Assembly (NCBI GenBank): GCA_021794075.1
Contig: JAJYRM010000008.1
Coordinates: forward strand, 5,022 to 69,021
DNA: 64,000 nt
Direction: 5' to 3'
DNA from: Bacteroidota bacterium
GTDB lineage: Bacteria; Bacteroidota; Ignavibacteria; Kryptoniales; JAKASW01
Each line of letters opens with the position of its first letter. Position 1 is the first letter of the stretch. A program made the translations under genes and the position numbers. This document shows positions 28,818 through 36,633 of this stretch, one piece after another. Below the pieces are notes generated by a model, which saw nothing but the letters and a program-made list of their open reading frames with translations, searched no databases and was not told where the DNA came from.

Positions 28818-30938
28818 ATGCCATTCAGTGCTTCTCTAACTTCTGCCATCTCCGGTCTGGACAGTCATCAGACCATGATGGATACAATCGCAAACAATAT
28901 CGCTAACGTCGATACGATCGGCTATAAGTCGAGCAACGTGATTCTCGGCGAGTCGTTCGATCAAATCCTTCGGAATGCTACAGGTCCGAATGGTCTCAGC
29001 GGCGGAACAAATCCCATTCAGCTCGGTCTCGGTGTCTCCGTGCAGTCCACGGACACAAATATGACTCAGGGTAATCTTGAGACCACCGGCCAGAACACCG
29101 ACCTCGCCTTGCAGGGGCAGGGATATTTCATTGTCGATCTCAACGGGAGTCAGTATTACACACGCGCCGGAGCTTTCCAATTCAACGCGAACGGTCAGCT
29201 GGTGGATCCGGGTACCGGCGCGATCGTACAGGGAAAAACGGCTGATGCGCAGGGAAATCTCCCCGTCGGCTCCGCGGTGTCGGATATCACGATACCATTT
29301 GGTCAGAAATCGCCCGCTAAAGCTTCCAGCTACATTCAGATGAGCGGAAACCTCGATTCCTCCAAGACTCCGCTAGGCACGATCTTGCAGTCTAATTCCG
29401 TTTATGCTGTCGACAACGGGCAGAGCGATGTCCAAGGACTCCTCGCTGCCGACGCCGGTGGAGGCAACAGCCATGTGGTAACAGGCATGGTGCCCGATTC
29501 CACAACGCTTACGATGACGGTGGATGGAAAGGCGTATACTTACACATATGTCACCACTGACTCGGGAACCGGCAAGGGCGATTTTCATACGATGCAGGAT
29601 CTGGTCAATGAAGTCAACTATAGCTTGAACCAGCAGTTCGGCGGTTCTTCACCAGTGACGGCGTCTGTCAATACGACAAACGGTTCCATCAGCTTTGTAA
29701 ACAACGGGACCGCGACACATTCGCTACAGATTACAAGCACGAACCCCGTTCTTCAGGCTGCAATGGAAGCCTCAAGCCCGGTCACGCTCGCGGCAGGTGG
29801 CGGGTCCCTCTCGACGCAGGAGTTCTCGCACGTCGCTACCGCTTCCGATCTCCTGACCAACCTGCGTAACAGCACGGGCGGGAGTCTCGGGATCGCAAAT
29901 GGGGATCAGATAAATATCAATGGCCAAGTAAATGGCTCCTCGATCACTCAAGGAGTTTTGCAGGTAAATGGTGCATCGACAACTTATGGCGATCTGGCAA
30001 AGAGTGTGACTTCCGCTTTCGGAATCACAAACCAGACCGGTACTACGATAGATCCTCAAACAGGAGCGATGGATATCAACGCGGACGGAGGTACCGCGCA
30101 TTCAATTTCAAACGTCGATATAGCCGATGGAACGAACACCGCGGCTGGCTTCAATAGCGTATTCAGCGCGAAGGCAGGCGATTGGACGCAAACCCAGGCG
30201 GCGACCGACGTCACTCAGAATATATCCACGACGATTTACGACTCGCTCGGAAACCAGTACAATGTCACGCTTTCATTTACGCGCGACATAACCAGGCCGA
30301 ATACGTGGAACTGGCAGGCTTCCGTAAACCAGCCCGCGGTAATCACGGGCGGCGGTTCCGGCACCGTCGTCTTCAACAATGACGGCTCGTTGAACACATT
30401 TACTTATGCCGACGGCTCAACAAGTCTACAGATAAATCCCGCGCCGGTTGGAAACGCCTCGAATCTCAGCGCGAATTTGATAAGCCTTAAATTGAACCCG
30501 GGCACTTCGGGTAACTTCTCGGGCTTGACTCAGATGAGCGGGGCCTCAACTACGGTATCCGGCCAGCAGGATGGCTACGGTTTAGGTGTCCTCAACAGCG
30601 AATCGATAGATCAGAACGGCAACATCATCGGTCAGTTCTCAAACGGAACCACTCGCACCCTTGGACAGGTGATGCTCGCCACATTCAACAATTCCAGCGG
30701 TCTCGTAAACGTGGGCGGCAACCTGTTCGCCGCTTCACCCAGCACGGGCAACGCCATTATAGGGGAAGCCGGTACTGCGATACCTACTCAGGTCGTAAGC
30801 GGTTCTCTTGAACAGTCAAACGTGAACCTCGCGAGTGAACTCTCCAACATGATCGTTGCCGAGCGCGGGTTCCAGGCGAATGCTCAGGTAATCAACGCGA
30901 GCGACACGCTGCTCAATACTCTGGTCAATCTCCAGTAA
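28818..30938 (+). CDS. flgE: Flagellar hook protein FlgE (large, about 706 aa)
   Basis: N-terminal SGLDSHQTMMDTIANNIANVDTIGYK and C-terminal SGSLEQSNVNLASELSNMIVAERGFQANAQVI. Start moved to ATG 28818, with GGAGGG 7 nt upstream. Confidence 0.92.
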   Translation: MPFSASLTSAISGLDSHQTMMDTIANNIANVDTIGYKSSNVILGESFDQILRNATGPNGLSGGTNPIQLGLGVSVQSTDTNMTQGNLETTGQNTDLALQGQGYFIVDLNGSQYYTRAGAFQFNANGQLVDPGTGAIVQGKTADAQGNLPVGSAVSDITIPFGQKSPAKASSYIQMSGNLDSSKTPLGTILQSNSVYAVDNGQSDVQGLLAADAGGGNSHVVTGMVPDSTTLTMTVDGKAYTYTYVTTDSGTGKGDFHTMQDLVNEVNYSLNQQFGGSSPVTASVNTTNGSISFVNNGTATHSLQITSTNPVLQAAMEASSPVTLAAGGGSLSTQEFSHVATASDLLTNLRNSTGGSLGIANGDQININGQVNGSSITQGVLQVNGASTTYGDLAKSVTSAFGITNQTGTTIDPQTGAMDINADGGTAHSISNVDIADGTNTAAGFNSVFSAKAGDWTQTQAATDVTQNISTTIYDSLGNQYNVTLSFTRDITRPNTWNWQASVNQPAVITGGGSGTVVFNNDGSLNTFTYADGSTSLQINPAPVGNASNLSANLISLKLNPGTSGNFSGLTQMSGASTTVSGQQDGYGLGVLNSESIDQNGNIIGQFSNGTTRTLGQVMLATFNNSSGLVNVGGNLFAASPSTGNAIIGEAGTAIPTQVVSGSLEQSNVNLASELSNMIVAERGFQANAQVINASDTLLNTLVNLQ

Positions 30939-30958
30939 TAGGTAAGTAATTCCTGTTT

Positions 30959-30989
30959 AGGGTGCAACACGCGTTGCACCCTATTTTTT
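30959..30989 (+). terminator. Rho-independent terminator/attenuator after flgE
   Basis: AGGGTGCAA-cacgcg-TTGCACCCT forms a 9-bp GC-rich stem. It is followed by A and TTTTTT, and starts 21 nt after the flgE stop. Confidence 0.6.
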
Positions 30990-31015
30990 CCCATCCCTAA
31001 AGAAGCGAGGCCGGC

Positions 31016-31252
31016 ATGATTAAACTGACACAGATAAATGGCGACGAGATCACGGTGAACGCTGATCTGATCGAGACCATAGAGAAAGCTCACGACACCA
31101 TCATTACGCTCACAACCTCTCGGAGAATTCGCGTTCGGGAAGACATCGAGGAGATAGTAAAGAGAGTCGTGGACTACAAGCGGCGCATCAATTCGCCGAG
31201 CGTCTCTTCAGGGAGTCCGGAAACGGAGAATCTCCCCGATCAGCCCCTTTAG
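31016..31252 (+). CDS. flbD: Flagellar protein FlbD
   Basis: MIKLTQINGDEITVNADLIETIEKAHDTIITLTTSRRIRVREDIEEIV is the FlbD family pattern. Confidence 0.8.
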   Translation: MIKLTQINGDEITVNADLIETIEKAHDTIITLTTSRRIRVREDIEEIVKRVVDYKRRINSPSVSSGSPETENLPDQPL

Positions 31253-31349
31253 GAGGCGAATAAGGCCGTCCGACCTTTTCTTTGGCCAAAAATTCTTGGA
31301 TTTTTTTCGGACATGCAGGGCGCTTTCTCATCACTTTTGAAACGACTGA

Positions 31350-31380
31350 CAATATTGTTCACTTGCTCAATATTGTTCAC
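31350..31380 (+). repeat. Perfect 13-bp direct repeat CAATATTGTTCAC x2 (period 18 bp), candidate regulator/enhancer site
   Basis: Copies at 31350-31362 and 31368-31380, read directly from the sequence. They lie 60-90 bp upstream of the sigma-54-like motif preceding fliL. Confidence 0.85.
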
Positions 31381-31438
31381 AAATCATTCCTTCCTTCCAA
31401 AAAACTCCAAAATTCGGCCTGAAATAAGGGTTCCTTAC

Positions 31439-31453
31439 CGGCATAGTCCTTGA
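31439..31453 (+). promoter_or_regulatory. Sigma-54-like -24/-12 element candidate upstream of fliL
   Basis: CGGCAT-AGTCC-TTGA shares GGCAYAGTCSTTGA with the flgB-upstream motif. It lies 50 nt upstream of the fliL ATG. It deviates from the consensus, notably at the -12 C. Confidence 0.25.
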
Positions 31454-31503
31454 CTAATCAAGTGTATGAAAAACAAAAAGAATGAAGAAGAGGCATAATA
31501 GAG

Positions 31504-32013
31504 ATGGCAGAGACAGTTGAAGGAGCGGGTACGGCCAAGCCGGCTGGCAAGTCGAAAAAGTTGCTTGTCATCGTGGTGGTCGTCGTTGCTCAATTGGTAG
31601 CGGCATATTTTCTGGTGGGCCTTTTCCTCAAGCGTGGCGGACCGGATTCACCCGGAGCTACCGCGACCGCCAGCGCCAAAGAAAAGAAAGCCTCTTCAAG
31701 CGATTCCAATTTCGATAACGTTTTTATCGTGAAGGATTTGATAGTGAATCCTGCCGGTACAAACGGGTTGCGGTTCCTTCTTACGACGATAGGACTTGAA
31801 GTGTCATCAGCCGAGACCGAAAAAGAATGTGAAAAACGGAATGTCGAGATTCACGATGCGATCATCAACATTCTTACAAGCAAGACCCTTCCGCAGCTCG
31901 ATGAAGTCAATTCCCGCGATAGCTTGAAAACTGAAATCAAGGTCGCACTCAACAAGGACCTTACGACGGGGAACGTGCTGCATGTCTATTTTAGCAAGTT
32001 CATAATCCAGTGA
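31504..32013 (+). CDS. fliL: Flagellar basal body-associated protein FliL
   Basis: N-terminal TM segment plus a FliL domain (VKDLIVNPAGTNGLRFLLTTIGLEV..., HVYFSKFIIQ). Confidence 0.85.
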   Translation: MAETVEGAGTAKPAGKSKKLLVIVVVVVAQLVAAYFLVGLFLKRGGPDSPGATATASAKEKKASSSDSNFDNVFIVKDLIVNPAGTNGLRFLLTTIGLEVSSAETEKECEKRNVEIHDAIINILTSKTLPQLDEVNSRDSLKTEIKVALNKDLTTGNVLHVYFSKFIIQ

Positions 32014-32022
32014 GCATAGAGA

Positions 32023-33039
32023 ATGCCTGAAGTACTGTCGCAATCCGAAATAGACAATCTTCTTGCCGGGATAGGCAAATCTCCGGCGGTGGAGGTAGCT
32101 GAAGGGGTGCCCGAGGTCAAGGAAGAGACGCGTGACGTGCAGGGATTCGACTTCCGAAGACCGAACCGCGTTTCAAAGAACCAGCTTCGAATATTTCAGG
32201 CGGTTCACGAGACGTTCGCTGAGCTATTCGGCTTCTACCTCGCCTCAAAGCTCCAGACTCAGGTTTCGGTAGCGGTGAGTTCCGTCGACCAGCTTTTCTA
32301 TTCTGAGTATCAACTTTCAATCGGGAGCCCCACTTGCCTTTACGTGTTCGACATGCAGCCCTCCGAAGGAAGGGGAGTGTTGGAGCTTTCGCCGATGCTT
32401 GTATTCGCCATAGTTGAGAGACTTCTGGGTGGAGGAGCCACGGAGCCCCAACGGAAAATCCGTGCGGTGACGGAAATTGAAAAAACTCTCATCAAGGGCA
32501 CAATAGAGAAGGCGCTCCAGGATTTGCAGGGCGCGTGGAAATCGATCAGTAGATTGAAGTTCACGCCAAACCGTTTCGAGAGCGAAGCGGATTTTCTACA
32601 AATAGCGCCGGCTAGTGAGATCGTGCTCGTGGTCTCGTTCGACGTACAGATCGCCGGGACGGGCTACCTCATGAATCTTTGCTTCCCGACTTTTTCGCTT
32701 GAAGAGATAATACAACATCTTACTGTGCAGCACGTCGCCCCGATGGGAACCGGCGACGCGCTCCAGAGAGCGAAGTCTACGACTGCAGCCGTGAAAAACA
32801 TCTCAGTGACTGAACTTCCTGTGAGTGTTGAGCTCGGCAAGTCGTCCGTTACCATCCGCGACCTTCTCGAGCTCCAGGTAGGAGATGTAATATTACTGGA
32901 CAGCAAGAAAGACGGATTACATCCGGTAAGGATAGCGTCCAGGACAAAGTTTTTTGCGAAGGCCGGCGTGCATGAGGGGCACAAGGCGGTGAAGATAGTA
33001 AGAAATGCAACAGAAGAGGAACAAAACGGAGATTTCTGA
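32023..33039 (+). CDS. fliM: Flagellar motor switch protein FliM
   Basis: N-terminal CheY-P-binding motif LSQSEIDNLL, a FliM middle domain, and a C-terminal SpoA domain (VSVELGKSSVTIRDLLELQVGDVILLD). Confidence 0.93.
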   Translation: MPEVLSQSEIDNLLAGIGKSPAVEVAEGVPEVKEETRDVQGFDFRRPNRVSKNQLRIFQAVHETFAELFGFYLASKLQTQVSVAVSSVDQLFYSEYQLSIGSPTCLYVFDMQPSEGRGVLELSPMLVFAIVERLLGGGATEPQRKIRAVTEIEKTLIKGTIEKALQDLQGAWKSISRLKFTPNRFESEADFLQIAPASEIVLVVSFDVQIAGTGYLMNLCFPTFSLEEIIQHLTVQHVAPMGTGDALQRAKSTTAAVKNISVTELPVSVELGKSSVTIRDLLELQVGDVILLDSKKDGLHPVRIASRTKFFAKAGVHEGHKAVKIVRNATEEEQNGDF

Positions 33040-33413
33040 TGGCCGATGATGCGATCAACAATGCTGAAGTAGAAAAGTCCGAACGAAAAGAAGTTCAGAG
33101 TCCGGCGTTCGAAAACCTTACCGATACGGGTGTGAAATCCGTCGGCAGCGAGAACAAACTCGATCTGGTTCTCGACCTCGACCTTCTTGTAAGCGTGGAG
33201 CTCGGAAAGACGACAATGATGATAAAGGACATTCTCGAACTCGGGCGCGGGTCGATCATTGAATTTGACAAGCTCGTCAGCGAGCCGGTGGATATTCTTG
33301 TTAACGGAAGAAAGATGGCTGAGGGTGAAGTTGTCGTGGTCGACAAGCACTTCGGCATCCGGATAACGAGCCTCATCGATCCTTCGGATCGCATAAAGGG
33401 ATTGAGGAAGTAA
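33039..33413 (+). CDS. fliN: Flagellar motor switch protein FliN
   Basis: SpoA/FliN domain: LLVSVELGKTTMMIKDILELGRGSIIEFDKLVSEPVDILVNGRKMAEGEVVVVDKHFGIRIT. Confidence 0.9.
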   Translation: MADDAINNAEVEKSERKEVQSPAFENLTDTGVKSVGSENKLDLVLDLDLLVSVELGKTTMMIKDILELGRGSIIEFDKLVSEPVDILVNGRKMAEGEVVVVDKHFGIRITSLIDPSDRIKGLRK

Positions 33414-33748
33414 TGGACTGGCTGGTCGTCAAAGCGTTCTTAACCATGATGATGATTGTCGGGCTTATGTTTGCCCTTCTTATTGTGGTGCGCAAATACT
33501 TTTTCAATAAACCGCATGTCTCCAACAATAATATGAAGGTTCTTTCCAGCCTGAGTTTACAGCCGAAGAAGTCTATTTATTTGGTGAAGGTGTTCAATAA
33601 GGTAATGCTGGTCGGCACAAGCGACAATTCAATTGCCGCGCTCGGTGAAATCACCGACGACGAGACGCTCGAGATGATTGAGACGACGCAGCAGAAGAAA
33701 CAAATAGGAGGCTTCGCCGAGCTTCTGAAAGGGCTTTCGCTGAGATGA
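33413..33748 (+). CDS. fliO: Flagellar biosynthesis protein FliO
   Basis: A 111-aa protein with a single TM segment, between fliN and fliP. Contains LSSLSLQPKKSIYLVKVFNKVMLVGTSDNSIAAL. Confidence 0.65.
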   Translation: MDWLVVKAFLTMMMIVGLMFALLIVVRKYFFNKPHVSNNNMKVLSSLSLQPKKSIYLVKVFNKVMLVGTSDNSIAALGEITDDETLEMIETTQQKKQIGGFAELLKGLSLR

Positions 33749-34503
33749 AGAAGCTTCTTTCTATCGGCGTGCTAGCCGTTTGTCTGATGTCGACAGTGCC
33801 CGCCGTCGCCCATGCCCAGACGACCGTCCCGATACCTCAGGTCACCTTAGGTATAGCGAAATCTTCGAGTCCTCAAAACGTGGCGTTGACTCTTCAGATC
33901 CTCTTCTTCATGACGATATTGAGTCTTGCTCCCGCGATTTTGATAATGACGACAGCCTTTCCGCGGATCATCATTGCTCTTTACTTCATCAGGCAGGCGC
34001 TCGGAACTCCTACCATGCCGCCCACGCAGCTTCTCATAGGGCTCGCCCTTTTCCTGACATTTTTCATAATGGCTCCCACGTGGAACAAAGTTAACGAGAC
34101 AGCCTTTCAGCCGTATCTCAAGAACAAGATCTCGCTGGACTCGGCATACGCGGTCGGCGTCAAGCCGATAAGGGATTTCATGCTCCGGCAGACTCGCCAG
34201 AAGGATCTGGCTATGATGGTGCATCTTGCCAATCTTCACCGCCCGAATACTCCGGCGGACATTCCGACATATGTGATCGTGCCTGCTTTTGCCATCAGTG
34301 AAATGCGGATAGGTTTTGAGATCGGCTTTCTGGTCTTCATCCCCTTCATGATGATAGACATGATAGTCGCAAGCATATTGATGTCGATGGGCATGATGAT
34401 GGTCCCGCCGATGATGATATCTCTACCGATGAAGATTTTGCTCTTCGTTCTTGTCGATGGTTGGTACCTCCTCGTCGGTTCACTCGTAAGAGGATTTCAT
34501 TGA
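33745..34503 (+). CDS. fliP: Flagellar export apparatus protein FliP
   Basis: Signal peptide plus conserved FliP segments (TILSLAPAILIMTTAFPRIIIAL, GLALFLTFFIMAP, FLVFIPFMMIDMIVASILMSMGMMM). Confidence 0.95.
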   Translation: MKKLLSIGVLAVCLMSTVPAVAHAQTTVPIPQVTLGIAKSSSPQNVALTLQILFFMTILSLAPAILIMTTAFPRIIIALYFIRQALGTPTMPPTQLLIGLALFLTFFIMAPTWNKVNETAFQPYLKNKISLDSAYAVGVKPIRDFMLRQTRQKDLAMMVHLANLHRPNTPADIPTYVIVPAFAISEMRIGFEIGFLVFIPFMMIDMIVASILMSMGMMMVPPMMISLPMKILLFVLVDGWYLLVGSLVRGFH

Positions 34504-34510
34504 GGAAGAT

Positions 34511-34777
34511 ATGACAGAAGCCTTTGTAATCGGAATCACCAGGGACGCTTTTTACACGATCTTCATAGTGTCCGCGCCCGCGTTAATCGTTTCCATAGTT
34601 GTCGGCCTCCTTATTTCGATCTTTCAGGCCGCCACATCGATAACTGAAATGACTCTTACTTTCGTCCCTAAGATTTTGGCGATCGGTGTCGTCTGCATAC
34701 TCCTTCTTCCGTTCATCATGCAGAAGATGCTCCAGTTCACGCAGCACGTTTTCAATCTTATACCAAACCTGAAGTGA
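34511..34777 (+). CDS. fliQ: Flagellar export apparatus protein FliQ
   Basis: An 88-aa protein with two TM segments. SIFQAATSITEMTLTFVPKI is typical of FliQ. Confidence 0.92.
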   Translation: MTEAFVIGITRDAFYTIFIVSAPALIVSIVVGLLISIFQAATSITEMTLTFVPKILAIGVVCILLLPFIMQKMLQFTQHVFNLIPNLK

Positions 34778-34778
34778 A

Positions 34779-35546
34779 ATGACTTTCTACGCCGAAAAAT
34801 TCGTCGTCTTCCTTCTCGTCTTCATAAGGACGCTCTCTATGTTCGCGACAGCGCCCTTGTATGGGAATCAGGCGATCCCCGCGCAGGTGAAGGTCTGGAC
34901 CGGGGCGGCGGTCGCGTTCGCGCTTTTCCCGCTGGTCGCGGCTCACACTGGCTCTCTCTCTCTCGACCTTGGCTCCCTTATTGTTCTCGCCATCGAGGAA
35001 GTGATAGTCGGCTCCGCGATCGGGCTTACCATGTCGATGATCTTTATGGGCATCGATTACGCCGGCGAGTTACTCGGGGTTGAGATGGGTCTTTCAATTT
35101 CAAGCATGATCGATCAGCAGAGTGGCGTCAACGTCCCCGTCATAGGTCAGTTCGAGGCCATCATGGCAACGTTTCTTTTTCTGATAATGAACGGTCATCT
35201 ATTCTTGCTTCAGGCGCTTCAAATGAGCTATACCGCGGTTCCCGTGTCCGGCTTGAGGATAACGGGTTCAGCGGTGAACCTCTTCGTCGGCCTGAGCGGC
35301 ATGGTTTTCGTGACAGCGATAAAGATCGGCGCTCCGGTGATTGTTTCCCTTTTCCTGGCGGACGTAGTTCTGGGCATCATGGCCAGGATGGTGCCGCAGG
35401 TGAATGTGTTCTTCGTCGGAATGCCGATAACCATCGGCATAGGCGTGGTTCTATTGATCGCCTCACTTCCTTTTTTCGTCCTTGTGTTCGGAAGGCTTCT
35501 TGGAACTTTTGAAGACCAGACAGTGCAACTCCTGAGGTTGATGTAA
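34779..35546 (+). CDS. fliR: Flagellar export apparatus protein FliR
   Basis: Polytopic 255-aa membrane protein in the fliPQR position with a FliR-like pattern (FIRTLSMFATAPLYG, ARMVPQVNVFFVGMP). Confidence 0.9.
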   Translation: MTFYAEKFVVFLLVFIRTLSMFATAPLYGNQAIPAQVKVWTGAAVAFALFPLVAAHTGSLSLDLGSLIVLAIEEVIVGSAIGLTMSMIFMGIDYAGELLGVEMGLSISSMIDQQSGVNVPVIGQFEAIMATFLFLIMNGHLFLLQALQMSYTAVPVSGLRITGSAVNLFVGLSGMVFVTAIKIGAPVIVSLFLADVVLGIMARMVPQVNVFFVGMPITIGIGVVLLIASLPFFVLVFGRLLGTFEDQTVQLLRLM

Positions 35547-35547
35547 G

Positions 35548-36633
35548 ATGGCAGACGACAATTTCGCGGAAAAGACGGAACCTGCTACTCCCAAGCGACG
35601 CAGCGAGCTTAGGAGAGACGGAAAAGTCGTCAAGAGCATGGAATTGAACTCCGCGCTTGGTCTTCTCGGGGGAAGCATCATTCTCTATGTGCTAGGCGGC
35701 GGTCTGATTGCCGAGATAGCAAATGTTATGAGGCAGTATCTATCCCTTTCTTACGGAATGGACCTGAGTCAAACGAACGCGATAGCCATTGCCGGCAACG
35801 TTGCCTCGCGGTTCTTGCTGATCGTTTTTCCGGTACTTCTGGTGATAATGGGAATCGGCATTTTGTCAAACGTCGCCCAGGTCGGCTTCTTGTTCACAAC
35901 CAAGCCGCTCATGAAGGGCTTCTCCGTGATGAATCCGTTGAATGGGATAAAGAAGCTCGGCTTTTCGCAGGGGTCTCTCATAGAATTAGGAAAAAGTATC
36001 ATCAAAATTTTGATCGTAAGTGTGGTCGGGTACTTCGCGCTCAAGACACTCATCGAAGGGTCCATTCGCCTGGTCGACAGCTCGCCCATTGAGATCTTTT
36101 CATCTATGGGTACCGGTGCTTTCGCGGTAAGCATGAAGATCGCGGCTGTATTTTTCATGATGGCCGTAGTGGACTTCATTGTGCAACGCAGGAAATTCGC
36201 ACGCGATACAAGAATGTCTAAGCAGGAAATCAAGGAAGAGCACAAGAGCGAGGAAGGAGATCCCCAGATAAAGGGGAGGATCAGACGTGAAATGGTGAAA
36301 CGTCACAAGATGCGCATGATGGCCAACGTTCCGAAGGCCGACGTTGTCGTGACGAATCCTACCCATTACGCCATCGCGATACAGTATAATCCGGCGAAAA
36401 TGTCGGCTCCTGTGGTTGTCGCGAAAGGAAAGGACCTTATTGCTCAGAGGATCAAGGAGATTGCGGCGGAACATAACATTCCAATCGTGGAGGACAGACC
36501 GCTCGCGCAGCTCCTTTACAAGACCGTGGACATCGACGAACAAATCCCGCCAGATCTGTTCAAGGCGGTTGCTCAGATACTTGCATATATCTACAAGATG
36601 AAAAAACTGAAACGCGGTTACGGAAAGAACTAA
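35548..36633 (+). CDS. flhB: Flagellar export switch protein FlhB
   Basis: EKTEPATPKRRSELRRDGKV N-terminus, four TM segments, and the NPTH autocleavage site (VVVTNPTHYAIAIQY). Confidence 0.95.
   Translation: MADDNFAEKTEPATPKRRSELRRDGKVVKSMELNSALGLLGGSIILYVLGGGLIAEIANVMRQYLSLSYGMDLSQTNAIAIAGNVASRFLLIVFPVLLVIMGIGILSNVAQVGFLFTTKPLMKGFSVMNPLNGIKKLGFSQGSLIELGKSIIKILIVSVVGYFALKTLIEGSIRLVDSSPIEIFSSMGTGAFAVSMKIAAVFFMMAVVDFIVQRRKFARDTRMSKQEIKEEHKSEEGDPQIKGRIRREMVKRHKMRMMANVPKADVVVTNPTHYAIAIQYNPAKMSAPVVVAKGKDLIAQRIKEIAAEHNIPIVEDRPLAQLLYKTVDIDEQIPPDLFKAVAQILAYIYKMKKLKRGYGKN

Noticed and set aside
32664-33350. 228-aa minus-strand ORF antisense to fliM/fliN
   Set aside because: Shadow ORF across two strongly supported switch genes.
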